A stretch of 53,997 nucleotides of DNA from a virus. Lineage: Duplodnaviria > Caudoviricetes. The stretch spans positions 1-53,997 of IMG/VR virus record IMGVR_UViG_3300032237_000992, one strand, 5' to 3'. Numbering within the stretch: position 1 is the first letter of the stretch; every line of letters starts with the position of its first letter. The notes below the pieces were generated by a model. That model saw nothing but the letters and a program-made list of their open reading frames with translations. It made no database searches and had not been told where the DNA came from. The translations under genes and the position numbers were made by a program. Shown here one piece after another: positions 17,350-24,374 of the stretch.

Positions 17350-17520
17350 ATGAAGACCTACCGAATTCTTGTGGAAACCAACGATGGTTGTCAGACCATT
17401 TGGTATGAGAACTCCAAGGCCAAGAAGGCTCCTACACTCATTTGTGAGCGAGTGAGCAAGCAGCTTTGTGGCCTGAATCTCAAGCGAGTGGAAGTGGACC
17501 TCAGTGTGCCGATGGCCTAA
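17350..17520 (+). CDS. Hypothetical mini-protein
   Basis: Manually translated 56 aa (MKTYRILVETNDG...) filling the space between two modules. Confidence 0.7.
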   Translation: MKTYRILVETNDGCQTIWYENSKAKKAPTLICERVSKQLCGLNLKRVEVDLSVPMA

Positions 17521-17564
17521 GTGGCACAAGGGGTCCACAGAGGCCCCATTCACCCTGCTACATT
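17506..17564 (+). promoter_or_regulatory. Early-type module
   Basis: gtgccgat-ggccta-agtggcac; TG-n-TACATT at 17559. Confidence 0.75.
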
Positions 17565-17589
17565 AGATCTGTTCAAACGACATCACCCC

Positions 17590-17856
17590 ATGAACACCAC
17601 CTATCGAGTCATCGGCTTCGGCACCAACGAGCACGGTTTCTTTAATCAATTTGCCTACACTTCAAGCATCGGTTATGCCTGTGGCTTCTATGATGCTCAT
17701 CTGCATGATCCTGAGATGGATGGTGCTGTGATCATTCGGGTCCGTCATGAGGATTGGGAAGTGATTCAAGAGTTTGGCATGGAGGACAAGAGCGTCGTCT
17801 GTGGCCCTGTAGGCAACTTTAAGGTTGAAATGGCTCCTAGCCTTGTGATGGTCTGA
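17590..17856 (+). CDS. Hypothetical protein
   Basis: ATG 17590 after module. Confidence 0.7.
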   Translation: MNTTYRVIGFGTNEHGFFNQFAYTSSIGYACGFYDAHLHDPEMDGAVIIRVRHEDWEVIQEFGMEDKSVVCGPVGNFKVEMAPSLVMV

Positions 17857-17903
17857 CAACTGGCACACGGGGGCTTCCAGGCCCCTCTCCGTGGCCTTAT
17901 GAT
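17845..17903 (+). promoter_or_regulatory. Early-type module
   Basis: gtgatggt-ctgaca-actggcac; hairpin; TATGAT at 17898. Confidence 0.7.
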
Positions 17904-17929
17904 TACTTCGTTCACTCAACACCTCCATC

Positions 17930-18214
17930 ATGTACCACACTCTCTCCGAACTTCGCCAATCTGTTGATCGTCTGATTGCAGAACAGGGGGCGAATGCTCC
18001 TTGTGCATCGTTCATCTTTACTCAAGAAGATGTATTCTACTATCCGAAGAATGAGGATGGATTTCCTGATTTGGACAATCCAACAAATCTGAATGCGGAT
18101 GACACTGATGAGGTGTTGGTGGATGTTGGTGGATGTGATTGGATCTATGAGCAGATCCTGGAAGTGATTGAGGATTCTGTCAAGAGCCAGGTTCGAAAGA
18201 GTGCCAGTGTCTGA
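17930..18214 (+). CDS. Acidic hypothetical protein
   Basis: ORF track; stop lies inside next palindrome. Confidence 0.7.
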   Translation: MYHTLSELRQSVDRLIAEQGANAPCASFIFTQEDVFYYPKNEDGFPDLDNPTNLNADDTDEVLVDVGGCDWIYEQILEVIEDSVKSQVRKSASV

Positions 18215-18259
18215 ACTGGCACACCACCCCTTTCCAAGCCCCATCATTCCTGCTACATT
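18201..18259 (+). promoter_or_regulatory. Early-type module (perfect arms)
   Basis: gtgccagt-gtctga-actggcac; TG-n-TACATT at 18254. Confidence 0.8.
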
Positions 18260-18284
18260 ACATTCGTCCCTGAGGAACCCAACC

Positions 18285-18746
18285 ATGCTGACTGGCAACG
18301 ACCTTCTGACTAAGATTGATGAACTGCGGGCTGAGCATCCTGCCATCACCAACACTGAGCTTGTGATGCAGTGTGGTTTTGTCAAGGAGAATGGCAAGGC
18401 TGCCTATACGGACTTCTACACTGAACTTCTGGCCGCCAAGGGTCTCAATGAGCCTGAAGATGAAGTGTCTGATGAGAACAAGGAACTCTATGATCAACTG
18501 TGTGAGTCTCATTCTCAGGGTGCTGTGGATGCCTTCATCGAACTCTATGATGAGGACAGCCTGAGCGACTTTGAGGAGGCTTATGTCGGACAGTATAACT
18601 CCGAAGCTGCATTTGCTGAGGATTATGCTGAAATGTATGGTGAGCAGATTCCTTCCTGGATTGTAGTGGACTGGCAGGCTACTTGGGACAGCAGTCTTCG
18701 CTTTGATTATGATGAGCAGGACGGGTATTTCTTCAGGTCTTGCTGA
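18285..18746 (+). CDS. Fusion of cyanobacterial AbrB-like N-terminus and ArdA-like antirestriction C-terminus
   Basis: N: MLTGNDLL.KI.EL...ELV..CGFV......FY.ELL.AKG; C: DFEEAYVGQYNSEAAFAE...VDWQATW...DY...DGYFFR. Confidence 0.7.
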   Translation: MLTGNDLLTKIDELRAEHPAITNTELVMQCGFVKENGKAAYTDFYTELLAAKGLNEPEDEVSDENKELYDQLCESHSQGAVDAFIELYDEDSLSDFEEAYVGQYNSEAAFAEDYAEMYGEQIPSWIVVDWQATWDSSLRFDYDEQDGYFFRSC

Positions 18747-18832
18747 CCTGAAAGAGGAAAAAGTTAGCCTCTGGTGGAAAAAGTTACTTCTGTGGTGATA
18801 TCATATATTCATAGGTTTGTGGGTTAAAGCAA

Positions 18833-18866
18833 TAAGAGAGGGAGTGAGGACCCTCTCTTTTTTTTA
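18833..18866 (+). terminator. Intrinsic terminator
   Basis: aagagaggg-agtgagga-ccctctctttttttt. Confidence 0.75.
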
Positions 18867-19045
18867 TCTAGACTAGATACGCATATCAATCTAGACTAGA
18901 CATACACACAACTCGACTAGATCATATCATACATTCATTCATCTAGTTACAATCATCTAGTTCACATATCAACTAGATTCATTCATCTAGTTTACATATA
19001 CAGTCTAGATGTGCAAGAATGTGTATTCATATTTCATCTAGTTAC
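18867..19045. repeat. Cluster 2 of CTAG palindromes/repeats (non-coding)
   Basis: atctagactagat, atctagactagac, aactcgactagat and repeated catctagtt units. Confidence 0.8.
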
Positions 19046-19248
19046 TCTACTGGCGGGCCTAGAGTTCGTTTTATGTGCAAGAATATGTGCTTCACCCCTA
19101 GCTCACCCCTACCCAGACCCGTATATGTGTCTTTAATGTATATCTTATAGATTGTATCATATATGTACCCTATGTGTCTTATATGTGTCTTATATGTCTT
19201 TAAGTATCTTTAAGACTCTATATCTCATCCTTCATCGTTAACAAACCT

Positions 19249-19277
19249 AGTCTACTGTACTTTGAGACCATTGTCAA
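19249..19277 (-). promoter_or_regulatory. Leftward sigma70 promoter
   Basis: Minus strand TTGACA-17bp-TAGACT. Confidence 0.7.
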
Positions 19278-19286
19278 GCCCCTAGT

Positions 19287-19345
19287 GTGACAGTTGAGAC
19301 AGTGGCACAAGAGGCACTCCAGATCCTGATGGGGTGCCCTAAGAT
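19287..19345 (+). promoter_or_regulatory. Early-type module
   Basis: gtgacagt-tgagac-agtggcac; TAAGAT at 19340. Confidence 0.75.
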
Positions 19346-19373
19346 TAACAAGTCAACCACCGAACTTCATCTA

Positions 19374-19517
19374 ATGTCTAAGATTGTCTATGTCACTGTT
19401 AAAGTTGAGATTCATGATGATGCAGATTCTTATGAGTCCATTGAAAATTGTGACTATTCTTTCCTTGGTGATGGTATCATAGACACTGAGATTGTTGCAA
19501 TTTCTGATAAGAAATGA
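19374..19517 (+). CDS. Acidic mini-protein
   Basis: ATG 19374 after module; similar in pattern to 16574-16738. Confidence 0.6.
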   Translation: MSKIVYVTVKVEIHDDADSYESIENCDYSFLGDGIIDTEIVAISDKK

Positions 19518-19562
19518 CATTGCAGAGATTGATGCACTGCAAGCCAAAGTGAAAGCTCTCAT

Positions 19563-19621
19563 GTGACACTCTGATAACTGGCACAAGAGGCACTCCAGAT
19601 CCTGATGGGGTGCCTTATGAT
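19563..19621 (+). promoter_or_regulatory. Early-type module (near copy of 19287 module)
   Basis: gtgacact-ctgata-actggcac; TATGAT at 19616. Confidence 0.75.
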
Positions 19622-19651
19622 TACAAAGTCAACCAAACAACACCAACTTCA

Positions 19652-20092
19652 ATGTTTTACACTCATTCCAGTTATTGTGCATCTTGTGAAGTCGCTGAAG
19701 ACTTCAATCTGGATGAGTACCTGACTGCTCTGACGGATTTCATTGGTAATCACATTGAGGATCTGCCCAATGATCTTCAGGATGCTTTTGGTGATTATGA
19801 CCACGAAGACACCATGAAAAGTCTGTCAAACTACATTCGCCTTTCTGGTGGCAAACTTCTGGTGGAGTTTGCCAGTGAAGAATCCAACGGTGATGTTGGA
19901 GTCTGGGATTGGTTGTGTGATCAGATTCGCCAAGATGTGATGACTTCACCTTTCATGACGATGAACTATGCAACTGATGATTCTCACAGTGGCATGGAAT
20001 GTGGTATCTCATACTACCTGAAGGATGGACGATTCATTGGTTCTGATGATGTGTTTGGTATCCTGGAACAGTACATCAAGATGAGTGCATGA
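19652..20092 (+). CDS. Acidic hypothetical protein
   Basis: ATG 19652 after module. Confidence 0.7.
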   Translation: MFYTHSSYCASCEVAEDFNLDEYLTALTDFIGNHIEDLPNDLQDAFGDYDHEDTMKSLSNYIRLSGGKLLVEFASEESNGDVGVWDWLCDQIRQDVMTSPFMTMNYATDDSHSGMECGISYYLKDGRFIGSDDVFGILEQYIKMSA

Positions 20093-20147
20093 CACTCTGA
20101 GAACTGGCACAAGGGCACTGGACATTCCCTCCGTGCCCTGCTACATT
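20089..20147 (+). promoter_or_regulatory. Early-type module
   Basis: atgacact-ctgaga-actggcac; TG-n-TACATT at 20142. Confidence 0.75.
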
Positions 20148-20170
20148 ACATTCGTACCTGAGGGAAGCCG

Positions 20171-20296
20171 ATGTCTACTCCCAACTGGCAACACAACTCT
20201 GGGAAGCAGAAGCGGACCAAGGGTCAATCCAAGGGCAAAATCAAAGCCCGCAAACAAGCACTTCAACACATCAAAAGGAAGTTCAATCATGCTTAG
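20171..20296 (+). CDS. Basic mini-protein
   Basis: Manually translated MSTPNWQHNSGKQKRTKGQSKGKIKARKQALQHIKRKFNHA; GAGG RBS. Confidence 0.6.
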   Translation: MSTPNWQHNSGKQKRTKGQSKGKIKARKQALQHIKRKFNHA

Positions 20297-20477
20297 CACT
20301 CAATCTGCCCGCTGTGAACTCATGGATCTGGGTGATGAGTTCGGCCCTGGTCGAGTTCTTGAGGAACTGGTGATGTATCTCTCTGAGGATGATTGTGGGG
20401 ACTTTATGTCTCATGTTCGTCGGATGTGGGATCTTGACACCTACGAAGATCCCGAAGAGGACGAAGAGGACGACTGA
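20289..20477 (+). CDS. Acidic mini-protein
   Basis: ATG 20289; ends EDPEEDEEDD. Confidence 0.65.
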   Translation: MLSTQSARCELMDLGDEFGPGRVLEELVMYLSEDDCGDFMSHVRRMWDLDTYEDPEEDEEDD

Positions 20478-20525
20478 GCAACTGGAACAAGGGGGCCTCA
20501 CAGGCCCCCGATCACCCGCTATGAT
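20467..20525 (+). promoter_or_regulatory. Early-type module
   Basis: aggacgac-tgagca-actggaac; hairpin ggggcct..aggcccc; TATGAT at 20520. Confidence 0.7.
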
Positions 20526-20552
20526 TGACAAGTCAACCGCAAACGACACCCC

Positions 20553-20783
20553 ATGCTTTACGCAACCACATCCTCTGTTCATGATTACTCTGGACATGTC
20601 AATCAAGAGGCATTGGCAACGAATCTCAACAAATACTATTACGAAGTCACCAAAATCCAAGCAGATGGTGATGAACTTGTGAAGTGTTGTGAGATTTTGG
20701 GTCGGCAACTTCCCAAGCGTCGTGTCTACACCTTTCTGGGCACCAATGCTCAGGAAATCGCAAGGAACTGGGACACCAAGTAA
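20553..20783 (+). CDS. Hypothetical protein
   Basis: ORF track; IQADGDEL motif. Confidence 0.7.
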   Translation: MLYATTSSVHDYSGHVNQEALATNLNKYYYEVTKIQADGDELVKCCEILGRQLPKRRVYTFLGTNAQEIARNWDTK

Positions 20784-20828
20784 ACTGGCACAAGGGGAAT
20801 GGCAGCGCCCGAAAGACTGCCCTACACT
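20770..20828 (+). promoter_or_regulatory. Early-type module
   Basis: gggacacc-aagtaa-actggcac; TACACT at 20823. Confidence 0.75.
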
Positions 20829-20855
20829 TTATTCGTTCACCTGAGGAGCACTTCC

Positions 20856-20984
20856 ATGTTTGATGAACTCTGGTCTGAGATTCAAGATTCTGATGGTGAA
20901 ATCTTCAATCTCAACATTCCCGAACTTCGGGAAGATAACAGCTTTGATTTTGATGACTACATTGCCGCTGATTACGATTACTGA
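20856..20984 (+). CDS. Acidic mini-protein
   Basis: GAGGAG RBS; MFDELWSEIQDSDGEIF...DFDDYIAADYDY. Confidence 0.7.
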   Translation: MFDELWSEIQDSDGEIFNLNIPELREDNSFDFDDYIAADYDY

Positions 20985-20985
20985 A

Positions 20986-21180
20986 ATGACACCTGACACC
21001 TACACTTTCACTGGCGATGCTGTTACCTTCCTTGGCTTGGTTGGTGTTGCTTCAACGCTTCTCATTGTGGTTACTGCCTTTCGTCGGTTCTATCGCAGTC
21101 CTCTCAACATTCGTGTGCCAGTGACAAAAGTGGCACAAGAACTCGACGAGAACCTTGACAGTCTTTCGGATGTGAACTAG
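20986..21180 (+). CDS. Small single-TM membrane protein
   Basis: MTPDTYTFTGDAVTFLGLVGVASTLLIVVTAFRRFY. Confidence 0.65.
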   Translation: MTPDTYTFTGDAVTFLGLVGVASTLLIVVTAFRRFYRSPLNIRVPVTKVAQELDENLDSLSDVN

Positions 21181-21183
21181 ACT
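21115..21183 (+). promoter_or_regulatory. Palindrome plus sigma70 promoter
   Basis: gtgccagt-gacaaa-agtggcac (21115-21136); TTGACA(21155)-17bp-TAGACT(21178). Confidence 0.7.
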
Positions 21184-21280
21184 AGATCATCATCTAGATC
21201 ACACATCATCTAGATCACACATCATCTAGATCACACATCATCTAGATTCACATCTAGATCACATACACAACTAGATTCAC
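21175..21280. repeat. Cluster 3: tandem CTAGAT-containing repeats
   Basis: Unit catctagatcacacat repeated about three times exactly plus several shortened copies. Confidence 0.9.
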
Positions 21281-21345
21281 AAGCGGGGGTGAAGCATCCC
21301 GCTCAAAACACTTCACTCAAAACGTTACCTATTTCATTATACATT

Positions 21346-21558
21346 ATGTTCAAGTTCTCTAGTTCCGCTATCGAATCCATCTCTGATCTCGACGGCAATC
21401 AAGTGCAAATCACGTTCAATGGTGGGCGTGAGTATACCTACACTGTTACCAATCCTGACACCTTTGTTGAGGATCTCAACATGGTGATCGAGAATGAAGA
21501 TTCTGTGGGTAAGTTTGTCAATCTTGCCATCCGTGGTGAGGATCTGATCCTGGCCTGA
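21346..21558 (+). CDS. KTSC-like domain protein
   Basis: SSAIESI......ITFNGGREYTY...F......DSVGKFVN. Confidence 0.7.
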   Translation: MFKFSSSAIESISDLDGNQVQITFNGGREYTYTVTNPDTFVEDLNMVIENEDSVGKFVNLAIRGEDLILA

Positions 21559-21616
21559 GCCAGTTAGACTACTGGCACACTAGGGGGCCATTGTGCCCCC
21601 TTTCATGCCCTATTCT
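21557..21616 (+). promoter_or_regulatory. Early-type module
   Basis: gagccagt-tagact-actggcac; hairpin gggggc..gccccc; TATTCT at 21611. Confidence 0.7.
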
Positions 21617-21637
21617 GTGACAGTCGCCAAACCAATC

Positions 21638-21826
21638 ATGCAAACTGCATTCGTTACAGCAAAGTCCAGAAAGGCGAAGAATCGCCTAGCTAACCTCATG
21701 GCAAATGAGAATGAGGTTATAGTTGAAAAGACCAAAGATGGGCAAGCATTTCTTACATCCATGAATCGCAACTACCATTTTTGGGTTAGCCTTACTGGCG
21801 ACAAAGATTGGCAGATTGAACTATAG
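21638..21826 (+). CDS. Hypothetical protein
   Basis: ATG 21638; KSRKAKNRLANLM motif. Confidence 0.7.
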   Translation: MQTAFVTAKSRKAKNRLANLMANENEVIVEKTKDGQAFLTSMNRNYHFWVSLTGDKDWQIEL

Positions 21827-21886
21827 TGTGCCAGTCTGACCACTGGCACAGGGGGGCTTCACAGGCCCCCCTTCTGCTGCCATACT
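21827..21886 (+). promoter_or_regulatory. Early-type module (perfect 9-6-9 palindrome)
   Basis: tgtgccagt-ctgacc-actggcaca; hairpin; CATACT at 21881. Confidence 0.8.
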
Positions 21887-21911
21887 AGGTTCATCGTTCA
21901 GCCCCCCACCG

Positions 21912-22526
21912 ATGGCTCACACCGATTCAATCCTCGCCACCTACTTTCAGGCTAACGTTCTGGACCGCCAGAATGGCATGGGATGGTACAACAACGCCCA
22001 CTCTGTTACTTTGACATTGGGCGATAAGTATGGGGTCCATTCTGACATCGTGGCTGGCGTGATTGCGGCCCTGTCTCCTAACAACAAATGGGAGTCAAAT
22101 GTAATCGACGCTGAGATCATGCTGCGAGCATGGGCAGCAGACATTAACTACAATCACGTTAAAGTTGCCACCTATTCTCTCAACAAATGGAAGGCGGGAA
22201 CTATTCTGGATCGCCAGGCCAATCGTGACGACATTTTTAACATTCTGCGTGGCAACAAAACGATTGCATTTTTCCTGTGCATTGCATCCAACGGTGTAAG
22301 CGACACTCCCTGCATTGACGGCCACGCCTATAACGTTTGGAACGGCACGGTTTCTAATCTTAAGGAGGTGCCGTCAATGAGTGATAAAACCTACCGCATC
22401 ATTCAAGATGCCTACCGTGACGCCGCTAAGATTATCTCAACCGTCACGGGCCAGTATCATTCAGCGGCGCAAGTTCAGGCTGTGACGTGGGTAGCCTATC
22501 GCCGCATTCATAAGGGGCTTGTGTGA
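21912..22526 (+). CDS. Phage protein with HhH-GPD glycosylase-like features
   Basis: G.GWY, VAGVIAALSP, K..AFF, IDGHA, Y..AY..AA, QVQAVTW motifs. Confidence 0.5.
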   Translation: MAHTDSILATYFQANVLDRQNGMGWYNNAHSVTLTLGDKYGVHSDIVAGVIAALSPNNKWESNVIDAEIMLRAWAADINYNHVKVATYSLNKWKAGTILDRQANRDDIFNILRGNKTIAFFLCIASNGVSDTPCIDGHAYNVWNGTVSNLKEVPSMSDKTYRIIQDAYRDAAKIISTVTGQYHSAAQVQAVTWVAYRRIHKGLV

Positions 22527-22533
22527 TACCTAA

Positions 22534-22559
22534 TGGGGGCCAATTCTGGCCCCTTTTTT
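22534..22559 (+). terminator. Intrinsic terminator
   Basis: gggggcca-attc-tggccccc followed by a T run. Confidence 0.8.
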
Positions 22560-22647
22560 ATACTTTTTTTACATTATTTTATGGCAGGTTCAGTGGCGAC
22601 TTTTTTCATCATCAAGGCTACCCCGCCTCTCCTTCGATTGTCCCCTT

Positions 22648-22744
22648 ATCATAGAGCATGGGACAGCCCTTCCGTGGTCAGTCTGTGCCACTTGTGCCAG
22701 TGGCACACTGAGAGGCGACAGCCCCCCTACCTTCCCCCTATACT
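22648..22744. promoter_or_regulatory. Apparently bidirectional early-type module
   Basis: Perfect tgtgccact-tgtgcc-agtggcaca (22684-22707); TATACT at 22739 (+) and TATGAT at 22653-22648 (-), at matching distances. Confidence 0.65.
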
Positions 22745-22772
22745 GTAGAAGTCAACCACACGACACCCGATC

Positions 22773-22952
22773 ATGACCCAGCAGCAACTTCTCCAGCAGG
22801 CTCGCAACGTGCTCACCGCCACGGTCAACGACCACGGCCGCCACTGCCTGAAGACTGCCGCCATCGCCCACGGGCGGACCCCTGAGGCCGCCCGTAAGGC
22901 TAGCACCATGCGCCTGGCCCTGTGGGTCAGCAAGGGCACTAGCGCCATCTGA
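22773..22952 (+). CDS. GC-rich mini-gene
   Basis: Manually translated 59 aa MTQQQLLQQARNVLTATVN...; stop inside next palindrome. Confidence 0.7.
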   Translation: MTQQQLLQQARNVLTATVNDHGRHCLKTAAIAHGRTPEAARKASTMRLALWVSKGTSAI

Positions 22953-23029
22953 GCCACTGGCACACGGGGGGCTCACGCCCCCCTGGCCCATCTGCTACAC
23001 TGAACCAGTCAACCAAAGGGAACCACCCC

Positions 23030-23191
23030 ATGACCGCCCAGACTTTCACCATCCGCTATCAGTCCCCCTACGGCTCCTGTGAATGGCGTGAGCAGACCTT
23101 CTCCACACGGGAGAAGGCTGAGAGCATGGCCGCCTTCTACCGCTCCTGTGGCAGCCCTGCTGAGCTTGTGCGGGTCACGCCAGTCTGCTGA
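23030..23191 (+). CDS. GC-rich mini-gene
   Basis: Manually translated 53 aa MTAQTFTIRYQSPY...FYRSCGSPAELV. Confidence 0.7.
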   Translation: MTAQTFTIRYQSPYGSCEWREQTFSTREKAESMAAFYRSCGSPAELVRVTPVC

Positions 23192-23259
23192 TCTGCTACA
23201 CTATGGGAACGGCAGCGCCTCAAAGACTGCCACCCCCTAACCCCCTTTCTTTTCCTGTC

Positions 23260-23460
23260 ATGACCACGATCGACGCTCAGACCCTGATCCGCAAGGCCGC
23301 CAACGGCGCTCAGATTCTGGCCTTTCTGGAGGTGATCGCCGCAGCCGCAGCCGCTGGCACTCTGGAGGCCCCTGAGGAGGCCCCTGAGGCCGACTACAGC
23401 GACGATGAGGCCGACGATGAGGCCGACTACAGCGATGGTGAGCATGATCTGGCCTTCTGA
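23260..23460 (+). CDS. GC-rich mini-gene, acidic C-terminal tail
   Basis: ATG 23260; EAPEEAPEADYSDDEADDEADYSD internal repeats. Confidence 0.7.
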   Translation: MTTIDAQTLIRKAANGAQILAFLEVIAAAAAAGTLEAPEEAPEADYSDDEADDEADYSDGEHDLAF

Positions 23461-23529
23461 GGCCAGCAGGGAGCCGCAAGGGCTCCCGCCCATCTGCTAT
23501 ACTGTAGAAGTCAACCGCAAGGGACCATC

Positions 23530-23703
23530 ATGGGCCGCTACGATCTCACCCCTGAAGAGCGCCGCATCATCGCTGAGGCTACGCCTGAAGAATTGGCCGC
23601 TGCTGCTGCCGATCTTGTGCAGGATGGTCAATTCTGGCGGGAGCTGGGGGCCACCATCGTCCAGGGTTTCTGTACTGGTTTCCTTCGCGGTTTGGACCGC
23701 TGA
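23530..23703 (+). CDS. GC-rich mini-gene
   Basis: Manually translated 57 aa MGRYDLTPEERRII... Confidence 0.65.
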   Translation: MGRYDLTPEERRIIAEATPEELAAAAADLVQDGQFWRELGATIVQGFCTGFLRGLDR

Positions 23704-23740
23704 TCTGCTACACTGAACCAGTCAACCGCTCCCGCTCCTG

Positions 23741-23857
23741 ATGCTGCCCTACGAAACCGACCACGACAGCGAGCCCACCCCTGAGGCCATCGCCCTGATG
23801 CTGGCCACGATCTGCTGGCAGGATGACATGCTGATCCCCCTGCCTGTGGTCGCCTGA
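23741..23857 (+). CDS. GC-rich mini-gene
   Basis: Manually translated 38 aa between two promoter modules. Confidence 0.55.
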   Translation: MLPYETDHDSEPTPEAIALMLATICWQDDMLIPLPVVA

Positions 23858-23931
23858 GCCACTGGCACACGGGAGCCTTGCGGCTCCCTCTCCTGGCCCT
23901 ATACTGTAGAAGTCAACCACAGGGACACCCC

Positions 23932-24117
23932 ATGACCAAGGTCTACGCTGTGATCGGTGGCTTCGATTACGAAGGCCAGCACTTCGCTTCCCTTCGCCTG
24001 TTTGATTGTGAGTCTGCCGCCGAAGCCTATCGGATCAGCCTGCTGAAGGGTCAGGGCTACGATTACGCTCTGATGGACACCCGTGAGGTGTGCATGGAAT
24101 CCGCTCTGGCCGCCTGA
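23932..24117 (+). CDS. GC-rich mini-gene
   Basis: MTKVYAVIGGFDYEG...SLRLFDC.SAAEAY. Confidence 0.7.
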   Translation: MTKVYAVIGGFDYEGQHFASLRLFDCESAAEAYRISLLKGQGYDYALMDTREVCMESALAA

Positions 24118-24209
24118 GCCACTGGCACACGGGGGGCCGCTGAGCCCCTACGGGGGAGCCTACGGGCTCCCCCTGTGCTACAATGATCCAGTCAACCGCA
24201 AGGGACACC

Positions 24210-24374
24210 ATGCGAGCCCTGACCAGCTCCCGTTCCGCCTCCTTTCACCGTCAGACCATGCTGAAGCTCACCATCGCCGCCGTGCTACTCTGGCTCCTGT
24301 GGGAACCGATCCGCCCCGTCCGCACTGTGACGGCTGAGCTACTGCACACTGGTGCCGATCTGATCGCCCGCTGA
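24210..24374 (+). CDS. GC-rich mini-gene, single TM
   Basis: MLKLTIAAVLLWLLWEPIRPVR. Confidence 0.65.
   Translation: MRALTSSRSASFHRQTMLKLTIAAVLLWLLWEPIRPVRTVTAELLHTGADLIAR

Noticed and set aside
21175-21280. CRISPR array (also considered for 16265-16420, 18867-19045, 25028-25348)
   Set aside because: Repeat units are 6-16 bp with identical or very short spacers; no 25-45 bp repeats with unique spacers and no cas genes
22580-22630. Hammerhead ribozyme on the minus strand (UUGAUGA-U-GAAA...GUC)
   Set aside because: Core-like words are present but stems II and III cannot form
281-24128. TGGCAC as a sigma54 -24 element
   Set aside because: No TTGC at the -12 position, the motif is half of a palindrome followed by a sigma70-type -10 box, and cyanobacteria lack sigma54
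281-24128. Classical integron attC sites
   Set aside because: No RYYYAAC...GTTRRRY core pairs and no intI in the window; only the overall organisation is analogous
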